In this document: positions 14,323-29,169 of the stretch, one piece after another
How positions within the stretch are numbered: position 1 is the first letter of the stretch
Layout of the letters: each line of letters starts with the position of its first letter
Source of the DNA: Octopus vulgaris
Taxonomy: Eukaryota
Assembly (NCBI GenBank): GCA_951406725.2
Contig: OX597838.1
Location: 3,100,001 to 3,164,000 of the forward strand
DNA length: 64,000 nt
Direction of reading: 5' to 3'
The notes under the pieces: model-generated
Seen by the model: the letters and a program-made list of their open reading frames with translations, nothing else
What the model was told of the DNA's origin: nothing
The model's database searches: none
Position numbers and translations under genes: made by a program

Positions 14323-15258
14323 CCATCCCTATTATCAGTAGAAGTCGATTTCCGATATAAAATGTTATGTCTCCCGGCAGCCATCTTGCTGTCAGCTTAT
14401 CTCTGCCAGAACTTGTTTACGGCAATACCGAGATAACGGACTTGTCTGCTGATCACTTCGCTTGGCGTCTCGCATAATAACGCCTTCCACCACGACCAAC
14501 AACAACAACAACAACGGACGAAACTTTTACGTGACCACAGGACGAGCGAAAAATAGCAGCCAAATTTTCCTCAAATCACACCCAACAATTACCTCTTTCA
14601 TTGGCTGAATGCAGTCGTAGATATAAAGCATCTTTGAATGTTTGTCTGCTTGATCAGGACTGACCTAGGGCTAAACACCAATGACGTCAACAATTCCACA
14701 AGTAAGGGAACCTCAAAGTGGTCGCTCACTCTGTTAGATATAGCAGCCAAGAACCCTTCAGTTTGAGACCACTGCGTTTGAATGTGACTGGATGGTCAGA
14801 TTCGAGCGCCTTTGATCCCAGGTCTGCTCGATCAGGAATGGCCTAGGGCTAAAACAACAACAGCAGTAACAATACTAAGGCAATGACTACCACAAACAAC
14901 AACAGGAACACCAACACCATCACCAGCGCAAATAGCCGCAACCACCACCACCAGTAATGACACTGCAGCCACCGCCCACTTCAACACCACCACCAACACA
15001 AATACCCACCACCATCACCCCCACACTGTGAGTATCACCACCACCACCACAACAACAACAACAACAACAACACTCTCCGCCGACACAAATATCTTTCAAA
15101 TTTTGGCACAAAGCCAGCAATTTTGAGGGGTGGGGGCAGTCGAGTACATCGACTCCAGTATTTAGTTGGTATTTATTCTATCGATTCCGAAAGAATCAAA
15201 GGCAAAGTTGAACTCGGCGGAATTTGATCTCAGAAAATATAGAACCGGAAGGAATGTT

Positions 15259-15690
15259 GGATCTTTTCGGTTTGACCGGCAGTTTTTTTTAATAATTTCC
15301 ACGTAACTAAACACTTTTAAACTTCGTATACTGGTAGAATGTGTTTATAAAACATCTTTTTCTCTTGGCTTTATTGAGAAAATTCTGTAGTTTGTAAGAT
15401 ATTTGTTGTTTTTTTTTCTTCAATTTCTGCAATTTCAACCAATCACTGACGTCTATTGAGGTAAAAAAAAACATTCCGTGCCGTATGAATATGTCCTTCG
15501 TTTAAGAAACAGATTGGGTTTATTTACATTTGTGAAGAAAAAAGATACCCTTCCCCCTAACCCCTAACCCTAACTAACCTTAACCCTAAAACAGATTGAA
15601 ATGTAATAGATCGATACTAGGGTCATAATTATGGGTGACAATTTCATATGACACCGCTAGAAAAAACTGCCGTTCAAACCGAAAAGATCC
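15259..15690. mobile_element. MITE-like element with 30-bp TIRs and internal (CCCTAA)-like repeats
   Basis: GGATCTTTTCGGTTTGACCGGCAGTTTTTT / AAAAAACTGCCGTTCAAACCGAAAAGATCC (29/30). Degenerate CCCTAA array at 15555-15589; no clear TSD. Confidence 0.75.
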
Positions 15691-16657
15691 CATACTTCGG
15701 ATCTCATACTTCCTTCTTTTTAAAACCATTCGACTGTGTTTTCTCTTGGCGGGGGAAGGGTGGGGTACAGTGGCTGTTATTTCTAGCTCCATCGACCGAC
15801 CTGCTCTTTACAAAAGCGCTTTTTCGGATTGTTGTTGATTGTTCTTCTTATCATTCTTCTTGTTGCTTTTCTTGTCGTGATTTGCTCTTGAAGTAGTTGT
15901 TGCCTTCCTTTTTCCTTACGTCTATTGTTGTTGTTGTTGCTGTTGCTTTTGTTGTTGTTGTTATTGTTGTTGTTGTTTATTTTTTTTAAATAATGTTGTT
16001 TTTGCTCTTCTTAACTGGGGGTTTCTTTTTCTTTTCTTTTCTTTCCTCGCCATAATCATTGCTAATGACGTTGTTCTTGTTATTGTTGTTGCTGTTGTTT
16101 ACCTCGACCTATATTCATGTCAGTAGGTCGCCCCCCCCCTCTCTCCCCCCTCCCCCACCCCCCACCAACCACTGCAGTTACTAGTTCTGAGATCAAAAGA
16201 CTTAACACAGCACACCGCAAGACAATAAACACAACAACATCAACAACAACAACAATTATCTTGGAAAAAGGTATTTTAATCGAAGTTGCACGCCATTTCA
16301 GTGCAGTTTGCACTGGCGTTGCACACTTTCACAGGAGGTCACGGAAGGAGAGGGAGATTGCGGCGAAGTGGGGGTGGGGTGGGGGGAGGAACGTGGTGAG
16401 GGATTGGGAGCGAGAAGACGCTGGGGAGAGGGGGAAGGCTGAAGTGAGGTGGGAGTATTAGGGGTAGGAGGCAAGTGTGGGAGTCGGGGGTGTATTGGAG
16501 AATAGTAAATGTGTGTGTGTGTGTGTGTGTGTGTAGACGTGTCAGTGGAAAAGTACGAGTATATAAGTATTGACAGATGGATATGTGCGCGCATATATGT
16601 ATATGTGTGTACGAATGTATATGTATGTATATATATGTATATATATATATATATATC

Positions 16658-16688
<31 letters not shown>

Positions 16689-16770
16689 CTATATATATGT
16701 ATATATATATATACACCCATATATATATACACATGCATGTATTTATATACATATACAAATATATATATTT

Positions 16771-16808
<38 letters not shown>

Positions 16809-17870
16809 CTGCATCATGTATGTATGTATGAGTGTATGGATATATATAGATATGTGTATGTGTATACATGTATGCATATATATATAGATGTATGCATGTA
16901 TATATATACATATATCTATGTATATGTATATGTATGTGTAGATATGTATATATGTAAATATATGTAATGTGCATGTATGTATATGTCTGTATGTATACTT
17001 ATATGTGTGTGTACGTATGTATATGTATATATACACACACACACACATATATATATGCATATATACATACATACATACATATATACATACATATATACAT
17101 ACATATATATACATATATATATATGTGTGTGTATATACATATACACACACACGCACGTATTTGTTTATATATGTAATATGTATTGCTGTATGTGTGTATG
17201 TGTGTTTGAATGTAAAGTCGTGCAGATGTGTGCGTACATGAGCATGCTGTCGTGCACTTTTACATGCACACATATGCAGGTGCGTGCATGTAAAAGTGCA
17301 TGTTTGTGCAGACTGTTCATAAGGGTATGCGCGTACAACTGCATGATTAACGCTGAAGGCTGTAGGCATGTGTGTATGTGTGGATGAGGGTATGTTCGTA
17401 GAGGTACGTCGGTGCATCGGTGAACAGGTGTGGCGTTTGTGAACACCTGTATTAAGTACCGGGGTTTGCAGGTGTGTAATGAGACGAAAAGTCTACGAGT
17501 GTATGTCTTGCGCATGCGTACAATTTTGCGTGTAGAGAGAGAGAGAAAGAGAGGGAGCGATGTATGACGGTAACATTGTGCGTGTATGCTTTCGTAATGA
17601 TATACGTTGAGCTGTGTTGGTATGTGTGCGTGTCTGCGTGTGTGTGTGTGTGTATAAGCGTGTGTGCGTGTGTACCTCTGTGTGTGCCTATGCGTGCTTG
17701 TGTTGAGCTGTTGGTGTGTGTGTCGGGGGGTGGGGTGGCTGGTTGGTGGACTCATTAATATTTCTAAAAAAATGACTTGTCTTCGCTAATATTCTTCTGG
17801 CCGATAAACAAATCTATTATTATTGTTGTTGTTGTTGTTGTTGTTCTTCTTCTTCTTCTTCTTCTTCTTC

Positions 17871-17931
<61 letters not shown>

Positions 17932-17949
17932 CATCATCATCATCATTAA

Positions 17950-18165
17950 GGCGGCGAGCTGGAAGAATCGCGCTGGACGAAATGCTTAGCGGTATTTCTA
18001 CCGTCGCTACGTTCTGAGTTCAAATTCCGCCGATGTCGACTTTGCCTTTCATCCTCTGAGGGTAGATAAATTAAGTACCAGTGACACACTGGGGGGTCGA
18101 TGTAATCGATTTTCCCCCTTCTCCCAAAATTTCAGGCCTTGTGCCTATAGCAGAAAGGATTATTA
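17950..18165 (+). mobile_element. tRNA-derived SINE family A (representative copy)
   Basis: Head GGCGGCGAGCTGG(C)AGAATCG, B-box-like GAGTTCAAAT, core GCCTTTCATCCTTTCGGGGTCGATAAATTAAGTACCAG, (ATT)n tail. More than 12 copies, e.g. 26165-26385(-), 33003-33225(+), 48115-48341(-), 57800-58015(+), 59875-60095(+), 63185-63780(+, tandem). Confidence 0.85.
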
Positions 18166-18600
18166 TGTTGGAGCTCCTGGAGTCATGCATGCATAGCGGA
18201 CTTGTTACCTGCAGCCTACGGCTCCATGGTATTCGTTCTTTTCAGCTATATAATACTTTCCTGATTATTCTGGCCGTGCCAAGGAGGCACACTTTTGTAA
18301 CAGTTCTACTGGGCACTCTTTCCCAATTTCCTTAATATTCCTCTTGATTCTTCCTGATTCTGTTCCCAGGGACTCAACAATAGTTGACGCTATCTTCACA
18401 TTCTTCATTTTCCATAGCCGGGCTATTTCGTACTTAAGAGGGTTGTATACATCTATTCTTTTCGCCTTCTTTCTTGATTACTCGTGGGTCAAAGGACCAC
18501 GCAACACCAACTATATAGTCCACGTGGAGCATCATGGCCACTACCACTGGGTCCGGTATGTGCCTGATCTTTTTGGATTGAGAAATTCCACAGCATTTTG
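18165..18600 (-). mobile_element. 3' fragment of an RLE-type (R4/Dong-like) non-LTR retrotransposon
   Basis: Frameshifted C-terminus ...FDPRVIKKEGEK..VYNPLKYEIARLWKMKNV...LGT...ELLQK..LLGTARIIRKVL; ends in AAT repeats. Confidence 0.7.
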
Positions 18601-18958
18601 AGGGCCTCCGACTCCGCCACTCTCTCATACCACGTCTTGCCTCTCTCTAGCCCCCACTTTTCACAGATTCCAATATATGTATATATGAATTCCTCTCAAC
18701 ACACGGCTATGATGCTCCCCCACTACTTCTGCTCGTGATCAGAGATGCACATACCGTCAGCCACCAAGGGACATGCTCAACTGGTTAAGGTCAAACAACT
18801 GACAAGCAAATCTGTGGTATTGAGCAGAATATTTGCTGTAGCCCATTTTTATACCAAGACAAAACAATGTACATGATAACACTTCCAATCAGTTAAGATC
18901 AGAAGCCATGAGAGCCACTGCCTGGTACTGCATCCGGGCATATTATTATCATTATTAC

Positions 18959-19048
<90 letters not shown>

Positions 19049-19050
19049 CA

Positions 19051-19130
<80 letters not shown>

Positions 19131-19806
19131 GTCATCACCATCATCATCATCATCATCATCATATATATACGGTGTCCAAGTGTCTAAACAGTAGAGTAGT
19201 TTAGTAATTGCAGAGTGAGTTGGTAGAAAGCCATGCTGATTGATTAATAAAAAGTTTGTTTCGAGTTAAATGGTTTAAAAATATTTCCTCTTAGCGATCA
19301 TTCGAAAGCTTTACTTTATGTATTTGCTAAAACTAATTGGTCTGGGATTCTTCTGGCATCAGATACAAAGTTCTTTTAATGTATACATAGCTGACTGGTA
19401 ACTTTCCAAAAATATTGTTGTTGTTGTTGTCGTCGTTGTCGCCATCGTCGTTGCTGCTGTTCCTTTTGTACTTCTGTTAGATCCGTATACTATCTGCAGT
19501 AATGTTTCGACTTATCCTATGCAGCACACAAATTGAGACCATCTATATACAAAATATTGCTGTCTCGCTGTAACATTTATATTCACATCCGGCTGGGTTT
19601 TTCATTGTTGCTGTTGTTGTTGTTCTTGCTACTGCTGCTGCTGCTGCTGTGGTTCTTCTTATATTCTTATTAAGAACCAGTAAACTACTTGAGTCGACAT
19701 AATCAACAATACCTTAACGCCACCCGCCACCACATAACGGTTTATTTCCATTGCGTGACACCTTGAGCAAGTCTCCTCTACTACAACCTCGGGCCGACCA
19801 GAGCCT

Positions 19807-19867
<61 letters not shown>

Positions 19868-19910
19868 TAGTTTCAGCTCAGAGCTGCGGCCATGCTGATG
19901 CACCGCCGTT

Positions 19911-19996
<86 letters not shown>

Positions 19997-20024
19997 ATAT
20001 ATAAGGAATGGCCATAATAGGACA

Positions 20025-20102
20025 TATATTGTAAATATATATAATTACAAAGTTTTATATATATATATATAAAACTTTGTAATTATATATATTTACAATA
20101 TA
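20025..20102. repeat. Perfect 78-bp AT-rich palindrome
   Basis: TATATTGTAAATATATATAATTACAAAGTTTT-(AT)7-AAAACTTTGTAATTATATATATTTACAATATA is self-complementary end to end. Confidence 0.95.
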
Positions 20103-20154
20103 AACAATATATATATATGCATATATACATATGTATATGTACATACATCTATAC

Positions 20155-20200
<46 letters not shown>

Positions 20201-22316
20201 TATATATTATATATATATATATAATATATATATTATATTATGTATGTATATTTTATGTATGTATTCTCATGCATATAGCTGCATATCTAGACATGCTCAT
20301 ATATACTTAAATGATAAACGTCTGGAAAGTTTTACAGATTTTTACAGTTCCAGTGATGGACTGGATCTGTAGTCTTCGAATTAGCTTTCTCCTTTCTGTT
20401 TTTGAGATGCCAAATTTCTCAAGATTGGTATTTAGGCAGTGTGTTACATATCCCACGGTCCCTATGTATGTATGTATGTAAGTATGTATGTATGTATGTA
20501 CGTATGTATGTATGTATGTATGTATGTATGTATGTATGTATGTATGTATGTATGTGTGCTTGACTTTATATATGTGTTTGACAACCGGCATTGGTTTATT
20601 TATATCCCTGTAACTTAATGGTTCGATACAAGACACCGATGGAATAAGTACCGCGCCTTAACAAAAAAATGTAAGATAGGTTTGTTGGACTAAACCCTTC
20701 AAGGCGGTGCCCCAGCATGGCCGCAGTCAAGTGACTGAAGCAAGTAAAATAAAACAAAAATAAAATCTGTGAAAGTTATAATGAGGCCCCACCTCCATCA
20801 ACAACCCCACTGCTATCGCCACCACGACCGCCACCTCCATCAACATCACCATCTCCACAATAACATCATCGCCTTACCCTCGCCACCATCAACCATACAC
20901 CCCGCATCCATCAAGGCTATCTGATGGTGGTGGTGGTGGTGCTGGTGACAGCGGGGGTGGGGTGGAGGCAGTGATGGCGGAGGCGGCGGAGGCGGCGGAG
21001 GCGGCGGCGGGGGGAGGCTTTGGTGCTGGTGTTGATAGTGGTGGTGGTGCTGGTGACAGCGGGGGTTGGTGGCGGTGACGGCAGCGATGCTAGTGGTGGT
21101 GGTGGTGATAGTGATGGAGGTGGTGCTGGTGGTGGTGGTGCTGTCGGTGCTGGTGCTGGTGGTGGCGGTGATAGTGATGGTGGTGGTGGTGATGGTGGTG
21201 GTGGTGATGGTGGTGGTGGTGGTGGTGGTGGTGGTGGTTGTGGTGGTGGTGGTGGTGGTGGTTGTGGTGATCGCTGTCGTCGTGTAGTGGCGGTGATAGT
21301 GATGGTGGTGGTGGGTGGTGGTGGTGGTGGTGGTGGTGGTGGTGGTGGTGATCGCTGTCGTCGTGTAGTGGCGGTGATAGTGGTGGTGGTGGTGGTGGTG
21401 GTGGTGGTGGTGGTGATCGCTGTCGTCGTGTAGTGGCGGTGATGGTGGTGGTGGTGATGGTGGTGGTGATAGTGATGGTGGTGGTGGTGGTGGTGGTGGT
21501 GGTGGTGGTGGTGGTGGTGGTGATCGCTGTCGTCGTGTAGTGGCGGTGATAGTGATGGTGGTGGTGGTGGTGGTGGTGGTGGTGATCGCTGTCGTCATGT
21601 AGTGGCGGTGATGGTGGTGGTGGTGATGGTGGTGGTGATAGTGATGGAGGTGGTGGTGGTGGTGGGGGGGAAATCAACCGATAACGAAATAATTCATAAG
21701 GTCGAAACGATTCTGAAAGAACAAGAAAATAATATTATGTAAATTAATTAAAATAAAAGTTTTTTTGTTTTGTTTTTTTCTTTATAAAATATACATATAA
21801 ACGCAACAACAACAACTACTACTGCTACTACTCCTGCTACTGCTACTACAAGACTATGACAATTAATTATTCTGATCAGATAGAAAGTCGAAGGAGAAAT
21901 AATTAAAATTCTCATTATATTGAAAACTAAATGAGAATTTGCGTCAAAATGTAGCGGAGCAGCCATATTGTTTGGATGTGGGGAGAGGGAGATGGGGGAG
22001 GACGTAGTCGTAGGAGAAGGTGCGGGGCAGGTGGGGAGAGGGGCGTGGAAGGAAGTGGTGGAAGGCGCGGGGGGGAGGGTCGGAGGGGGAGATGCCAGTG
22101 GGAGGTGTGAAGAAACTGGAGGGGGCGTGGGAGATGTTTGTGTGGGGGGCGTGAAGAGGTGGGGGTGAAACTGATTTAGATTTTTAAATTCTTTTTAAAA
22201 TTTAACAGATTTTAGCACTTATTTCTATGTTTTTATCTAAATTTACTATCTCCCTCTCACTTTCCCTCCCTATCTCTCAAACACACACATTATATATATA
22301 TATATATATATATATA

Positions 22317-23084
22317 CATGCGATGGGTCAATTGTAGCCATTTTATATCTTTAATTTAGCGCATGCGCATTGTTTGATTTGGATTTTGTCAACTATGCAG
22401 TATAGTAGGGTCAGTTGGGCATTCTGTTTGGAAATGACATGCTGTACTGCTTGGTATTCACGCCGGAAGCTCCAATACAAACATTTCAGAGTGTCAGGTG
22501 TCAATCTGAAGAGAGTGCAATCTGAGGACACGTACAAACATCCAGTCAACATCATGGTGATGGCGACGTTATGCCTCCATTCGTCTTCCCACACGGCCTC
22601 AGATTCAACACGGAGGCCTATATCAAGTGCCTGGGGGAGGTAGTGCTGTCCTGGATCAAGAGAGTGGATGCTGGAAGACCCGATGTCTGGCAACAGGACT
22701 GTACCCCATCCTACACAAGTCATGACTGTCAAACAATTTCTGCGACCACGTCACCCCTAAAATCTAGTCACCTAACCCCCTTGATTATTACGTGTGATGA
22801 GCAGTTGACTGAGGGACCCACAAACCTCCTTGTAACACCAAAGATGAACTGAAGACAAGGATTGTGGCAGCATTCACCAACGTAAACAAGGAGGCTGTCC
22901 AGATGAGTTGCAGAAGATTCCGAAGTAGTCTGGAGGCCGTAGTTGAAGCCAATTGGCGATTTTATTGAATAAATTTACTCTTTAGTATTTCAAGATATTT
23001 TTATGTAATTTTGATAAATATATCTGTTAAAATGAGATGTCAGTGTTATTTTCATTTAGACGACAGCTTATTCACCACACCCTG
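22317..23084 (+). mobile_element. Degenerate Tc1/mariner-superfamily (maT/DD37D-like) transposon
   Basis: Transposase fragment KHPVNIMV...MPPFVFPHGLRFNTEAYIKCLGEVVLSWIKRV.AGRPDVWQQDCTP. Right end CACACCCTG|TA; inserted in a (TA)n tract. Confidence 0.8.
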
Positions 23085-23319
23085 TATATGTATGTGAGTG
23101 TACATTTTTTCAAGGAACACCACAGACTACATCTTTTTCCATCATCGACGGATTTGATTTAAGGCCGCTCTGGCTACTACGTTTAGCAGGTCAAGCTACC
23201 TGTTGCAGTGACCGTTGGCTGTTGGCCTTTAGTACGGATAAAGCAACTTCAAGACATATATATGATATTCATTCCATTCTATCCTTTTCCATAGTAGTAG
23301 TAGTAGTAGTAGTAGTAGT

Positions 23320-23351
<32 letters not shown>

Positions 23352-23352
23352 C

Positions 23353-23412
<60 letters not shown>

Positions 23413-23875
23413 GGTGGCGGCGAAAGCTGCAACAACAGAATGGTTTAGTTGATCCTTGGGGTTAAAATGAAATTAATTTCAAATTACTCTGTTAACTTGA
23501 AGATATATATATACATACATGCATATATATATACATATATACAAATGTACGTTTGTATATGTATATTATTTATATATCACATATAATATATATATATACA
23601 TATGCAAAACATAAATGCACACACACACACATATATATATATGCCTAGGTACATACATACACCCACACATATATACGTACATAAGTATATACACACATAT
23701 ACATACAATATATATGTGTGTGTGTATGTATGTTTATGTGCATGTGTATGTGATAATATGCATATATGTGTATATACACAAATACAAAAAATATATCGTA
23801 CACATACATGCATATATACATACATACGTACATACATACACTCACACGGAGATAGATAGATAGATATGTATAAGC

Positions 23876-23906
<31 letters not shown>

Positions 23907-24099
23907 CCAGTTTGTGTGTGTACATCTATGTGGAGTGTGTATGTTTGTTTGTGTGTGTGTGTAAACAAATAAACATTACATTGTGTATAAAAGTTAATTA
24001 CATTTCCGTTCATCTTTTCAGTATCTGCAGGATACAGACATTGTTACATATACATAAACGTGTGTATATATATATATATATATATAGATATCATATTTT

Positions 24100-24203
<104 letters not shown>

Positions 24204-24340
24204 ATGTATGTATGTATGTATGTATGTATGTATGTATGTATGTATGCATGTATGTACACATAAACAGGTATATACACACACATACAAACCGCACACTCAA
24301 ACACATAGACACAAACTAGCAAACATGAAATTTTAATTGC

Positions 24341-24371
<31 letters not shown>

Positions 24372-24592
24372 ATGCTTCAATCGCACCTGTTTTCCGCTTC
24401 TCACGCCCGTACTCTTTCCAAAACTTGCACCGTAACACCCACAAGAGTTTCAGAGCCCGCTTCTCTGATTTCTCTGTTCTCCTTCAGTTGCACCAGTGTC
24501 CGTCTTTTTATTTTTTTTAAATTTTGGCTTTCAGGTATCCCCAAAAGAAAAGTCTGAGGAACGTGAAGGCCATTCAAAGTTGATCTCACCCA

Positions 24593-24679
24593 TGGTTCCA
24601 GCAAGATTGGGCGACTGCTCATACCACAAGAGAAACAATGCAGTTGCTACGGCAGGGATTTGGAGAGAGAATAATCTCC
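24593..24679 (+). mobile_element. Tc1/mariner-superfamily transposase fragment
   Basis: WFQQDWATAHTTRETMQLLRQGFGERIIS, equivalent to the conserved WFQQDGA.AHT...L...F..RIIS block. Confidence 0.7.
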
Positions 24680-24789
24680 CGCTACGGCAATGTTCCCTAG
24701 ACATTATATGTATGGATGGAATGATGGATGTGTGGATAGGCAAGCAGACTAACAGACAGACAAATAGACAGACAGACGGACAGAGAGAC

Positions 24790-24853
<64 letters not shown>

Positions 24854-25524
24854 GGATGGATGGATGGATGGACGGACGGACGGACGGACGGACGGACGGA
24901 CGGACGGACGGACGGACGGACAGACAGACAGACAGACAGACAGATACATACATACATTTGATTGCAGGTGTTCCATAAACATGTCACCGCTAGCTTGCTT
25001 ATTTGGTAAACCTGATGAGTTGAGAGTCACACAACACGCCACGCAAACATATGGATGTCGCACATAACGTACACCTGACTGTAACGTGTTTCTATCACAA
25101 TAAAGACTCTTAACATAACTCGTCTGTCTGTTTGCACTTTATATATGAATAAAACATTTATGGTAGTGTGTAGAATGGTATATTGGTAAATTAATGTTAG
25201 TCTTAAGAAATGAAGGGATTGTTCCTTAGTTTATTTATATACAGATTCAGAAGTTTATGAAATTTTTCTGAGGAAATGAAATGAAATGGAAAAATATGAC
25301 ATAAAATAATATAAAATGAAATGGAATGTTTTTTTTTTCTTTATTGCAATTAAGAATTTTTTTGTCTGGCACTTGAGAAATCTTGTGCCTCAGTTAAGTA
25401 TTCTCAAGCGGTGGACGAAAAATTCTCGATTGCAATAACTTAAATTTTCTATCTTTTTTTTTTACATTTTATTTTGTTTCATTTTATTTCAAGCGGTAGT
25501 GGGAAACAAGCACACACACACTGT

Positions 25525-25562
<38 letters not shown>

Positions 25563-26550
25563 CTAGACAAAAACGACTTTAGCTGTTTCAGCCCCAGGAG
25601 ACCAATATGAGGCAGACCTCCTACCATCCTCTCAGTGACCAAGAAGACCCCTATGGATAGATGGAACGGGTGGACTTGAACCATACGGACCCCTGAAAAC
25701 TATGATCAGCTGGGAAAAAATGGTCACACATGCTATAGGAGCTGGTACCATCTGTGTGTGAGCGTGCGTATGTGTGTGTGTGTGCCTGGAAAAAGTTGTT
25801 TATGGAAAACCAACAAGCAGTCGACCATTCTCCCCCTCTCCACAACACCGATGTTGTCCCAGGGAAATGCAAAGGGGCCGATGCAGCTTGACACCAGTGA
25901 CGTCACAACTCATTTCTACCAGCTGACTGAACTGGAGCAACGCGTAATGAAGTGTCTTGCTCAAGAACACAACCCACAGCCCGGTTCGATTCTCTAACCA
26001 TTGAACCAGACCTTTCATATTAAGGTTTGTGTCTTGTGTTCTAATCTTGTGAGTTCGATATACATGAATAAACTCTAAACAATAATACAATCCCAAATTT
26101 AATGAATAAAAATTTCTACAAGACAGCTCTCCATAACAATCCACCCACCCCCACAAAAAAACCTATTTCTTTACTGCCCACAAGGGGCTAAACACAGAGA
26201 GGACAAACAAGGACAGACAAACGGATTAAGTCGATTATATCGACCCCAGTGCGTAACTGGTACTTAATTTATCGACCACGAAAGGATGAAAGGCAAAGTC
26301 GATCTCGGCCGGAATTTGAACTCAGAACGTAACGGCAGACGAAATACGGCTACGCATTTCGCCCGGCGTGCTAACCATTTCTGCCCCCAAAAAACCTGTT
26401 TACCATTCCACACAAACACAGACACAAAGAAGATTTTAACTCAACGGAGCTAAAATATAAAGCCAAAGTTAATTTCGGTGCATCGCAATCCGACAATGAC
26501 TTAAGTGGCCGAAACTTCGCAGTTACTGTCAACAAAATACTTGCTTGAAA

Positions 26551-26607
<57 letters not shown>

Positions 26608-26890
26608 CTTTATATTCTCTTTTTCTTTGAAAGCAGACACTGATCAGACCTGGAGGATTTGCAGCTGGCGAACATTTAGTATATTTGATAGAAATAAAAA
26701 TATTTCGGTGTTATTTGATGTGTATAAATATATTCTGTTGATATTTTGAGAGAGAGTTTATTTGGTTTTGCTTTCTTTGTGAAAATTTCAAAATGCCACG
26801 CTTTCATTTTTAATCTAGTAAACAAAAAATGAAAAATGAAATTTAGGCATGAAAACAAAGTGTATTTAGTCGCTTAGAATGTAAACAATA

Positions 26891-26930
<40 letters not shown>

Positions 26931-26944
26931 TGTGTGTGTGTACG

Positions 26945-27004
<60 letters not shown>

Positions 27005-27074
27005 TGTACATACATATATATACACATATATATATGTCTAACTATATCTATATATACATGTGAATATATATATA

Positions 27075-27122
<48 letters not shown>

Positions 27123-27317
27123 GGAAATATATTTCTATAACATTTTTTAATGATAGTAAAAATAGTATAAATAAGATGATGATGATGATGATGATAACTA
27201 GTCGCTGTAGCTGGTGGGTTGTGGTGGTGATGATGCACCTTCGGGCATTAGGAAGAGGTTTATTTTCTTTCTCCTCTAGCAGACATTCACACCCAGCATC
27301 CCGGCGCCCCACACACA

Positions 27318-27350
<33 letters not shown>

Positions 27351-27378
27351 GATGTATATATATTTTATATATGTATAT

Positions 27379-27443
<65 letters not shown>

Positions 27444-27618
27444 GAGAGACAGAGACAGATAGAGAGGCAAACAGTGAGAGAAAGTGGGAGTGAGAAAGAG
27501 AGAAAAAGAGAAAGAGATATATATGGACATACGTATGTTTGAATGTATGGGTATGTATATATTTATACGCATATATGTAAATATATATATATATATACAT
27601 ATATACATGTATATATTC

Positions 27619-27663
<45 letters not shown>

Positions 27664-27842
27664 TACATGTGTGTGTGTGTATGCGTGTATTTATGTATGT
27701 ATGTATGCGTGAATTAATGTATGTATCTATATATGTATGTCTGAATATACCAGTTTCACTTGAAAATGTAGATATACACACGAAGGTATATTCTCAGACA
27801 TTTACATGCTTCTATAGATATGTGCTGTGGATTGTGGGTGTT

Positions 27843-27892
<50 letters not shown>

Positions 27893-28313
27893 TTAGATAG
27901 ACAGATAGACAGACAGACAGGCATATACACACTCACACATATTCAAATACCCCCGCCTACACACATAAACACCCACCTACATTTACAAACATCCACTCGC
28001 ACTCATAGACTCATATTAACGCACACCGTCGCAATACATTCGAACGCATGTGAAGATATATTTTTCTCGTTTCTGTATTTTTTTTTCTCTCGTCTCTCCG
28101 TTAATATGATAAAATAGTAGCTAATTATTGGCAACATCTAGACATCTATGGTGGCTCTTTCATGTTCCATGAATTAAAAAACAACCAACAGACTAACAAA
28201 GATAATAAGCGAGATAATAAAATCTAGAACACGACATGGAACGGAAGAGAAACATAAAAGTAATGGCCGCCATTGTTAACGGCATATTATATACATACGT
28301 ACATATACATGTG

Positions 28314-28385
<72 letters not shown>

Positions 28386-28405
28386 AAGATGTGTATAAAT
28401 ATATC

Positions 28406-28494
<89 letters not shown>

Positions 28495-28534
28495 ATGTGT
28501 GAGTGTGAATGTGTGTGGAGAGAGAGATATATAG

Positions 28535-28582
<48 letters not shown>

Positions 28583-28774
28583 ATATGTCTATATGTATGT
28601 ATGTATATCCGTAAATATGAAGATAAATATATACACATATATGAAATATGTACACATTTATATACATATGTGTGGGTGGGTGTGTGTATATATGTGTATA
28701 TACAAGTAAGCCTATGTGTGCGTGTATGAACAAATATATGTCTGTACGAATGAATGTATTTTAGAAATATCTCA

Positions 28775-28815
<41 letters not shown>

Positions 28816-28836
28816 CATACACACATACACATACAT

Positions 28837-28867
<31 letters not shown>

Positions 28868-28879
28868 TACATACATACA

Positions 28880-28987
<108 letters not shown>

Positions 28988-29169
28988 TACTTACAGATAT
29001 ATACGACAGCATCAGTGAAACTGAGCACTGAACACGGCATTTGAGAGTAAATTCTGTATTTGAGGATTTTGTTTTAACCTTAAGTTTCCTGTTTTGATTT
29101 TTGCAATTTTCAAATGCTTTGCATGAAAAGTCATAGCAAGGTCGTCTACAATTTGGATTTGGCTACGTG

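Noticed and set aside
13989-14384. 131-aa poly-Asp ORF starting MAAGRH
   Set aside because: The body is a (GAT)n microsatellite; no homology or splice evidence.
15555-15589. CCCTAA repeats as a telomere or chromosome-fusion scar
   Set aside because: Short, degenerate and enclosed within a TIR element.
25005-25060. CTGATGAG followed by a possible stem (second hammerhead candidate)
   Set aside because: No GAAA core after the putative stem II and no stem III or NUH triplet.
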